This document shows, in pieces, positions 63,238 through 64,000 of a stretch of 64,000 nucleotides of DNA. Within the stretch, counting starts at the first letter, position 1. Each line of letters starts with the position of its first letter. The notes below the pieces were generated by a model. It saw nothing but the letters and a program-made list of their open reading frames with translations. It did not search any database and was not told the DNA's origin. Source of the DNA: Azolla caroliniana (Eukaryota > Plantae > Polypodiophyta); NCBI GenBank assembly GCA_043228905.1, contig JBHGNT010000090.1:1-64000 (forward strand), in the 5' to 3' direction. The position numbers and the translations under genes were made by a program.

Positions 63238-64000
63238 ACTGCTAGGGGAATTGACTCGGGTTTAGTATAGGCTACGATTTGATTTACCTATCTTCTTGGC
63301 CTATGGGGACAGTTGATGGTGATATGCCCTGGTCCACCGCAATAAAGACATAATCGATTTGCATGTCGTCTTTGCTTTTCTTCTTCCGATAACGGGCCAC
63401 GTCGACGCATGGTGTCAATCTCCATCGGTGTCGGAGTATTTGCCTGAGATACATCTCATGCAACCGGTTTAGCTGCGATTGAGGCATAGGTGGGCTCTGG
63501 CCTAGTCCGTGGCATTTGAAATTGACGTTCTGAACGTCATTCGAAAAGGCGGTTGTCGCATTGGACCTCTCAACTTATTGCCTTTGTAAGAGATTTTGGT
63601 TCTTCGAGAAAGGTTAAAAGTAAATCTTTGACGTCGTTTTGCAGGTCGTAGTGGAACTACTCCATTAGTGCTTGATCATCCTAGGGGATATCTGAGGTGA
63701 GTAGACAGAAATCCGTCGCGTAGGCAGAGGCTAGACGATCGCCTTGACGCAATCGTCAGATTTTGTTGATCGTCGTCCTGATGTTGTCGGTATCTCCAAA
63801 GCAGGCTTTAAACTCGCTAATAAAGTCTTCAAAGTTATTAAGCAAGGGAGATTGTTTTTCCAAAAGCGGAGTGAACCATGTCAAGGCTAAGCCGCTGAGC
63901 AACGTGCCTATTAGGCCTACTCGGGATGCATTAGTGGGGTATCGGGAAGGATGCATTTGCATGACTAAGCGTACCTGATTAAGGAATCCTCTGAATTGTG

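Larger units (their letters stand above)
58370..64000 (-). mobile_element. Element C: Ty3/Gypsy chromovirus-type retrotransposon, degenerate; its 5' part runs off the window
   Basis: 3' LTR 58370-58809 (TGTCAGG...ATGACA on +) with a (GA)n tract, and PPT at ~58810-58823. Minus-strand domains: chromodomain (EYEV...YYLVDWLGYSPSERTWQP), integrase (SDRGPQF, HPQTDGQAERTN), RNase H (ADASDFALG, NYEIHDKELLAI), RT (KIDLRGAYN, IYLDD), protease (LLDSGANSCF), gag knuckle CLYCGGPGHITINC and gag (ALTWF...FISEFKACFGD). Many stops and frameshifts. Confidence 0.95.

Overview
Eukaryotic land-plant nuclear DNA with GT-AG spliceosomal introns and many microsatellites. It is most likely from a fern or another seed-free plant; this is inferred from the 'KP-type' DYW-PPR protein and not proven. 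The first ~46 kb carry six host genes: a ZOP1-like U1C-type zinc-finger splicing factor (+, 4 coding exons, apparently lacking the OCRE domain); a vacuolar processing enzyme/legumain (+, 9 exons); an intronless GC-rich DUF6817-like HD/TPR protein (-); an intronless PLS-E-DYW PPR protein with DYW:KP-like motifs (+, candidate U-to-C RNA editing factor); a mitochondrial phosphate carrier PHT3/MPT (+, 6 exons); and a D-type cyclin (+, 6 exons). Between the genes lie a structurally complete but mutated Ty1/Copia element (9504-14763), hAT-like MITEs and an old Copia relic. The last ~9 kb are a four-level retrotransposon nest: a Copia element contains a non-coding LTR element with a tandem array, which contains a chromodomain Gypsy element, which contains a Copia-type solo LTR with a 54-bp array. 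Two of the nested LTR families carry tRNA-like Pol III boxes at their ends. Regions ~0.2-2.7 kb, 23.3-25.5 kb, 38.2-42.4 kb and 47.4-54.7 kb look like decayed repeats that I could not assign. All exon boundaries were read by eye from splice signals, reading frame and family motifs; no database searches were run.
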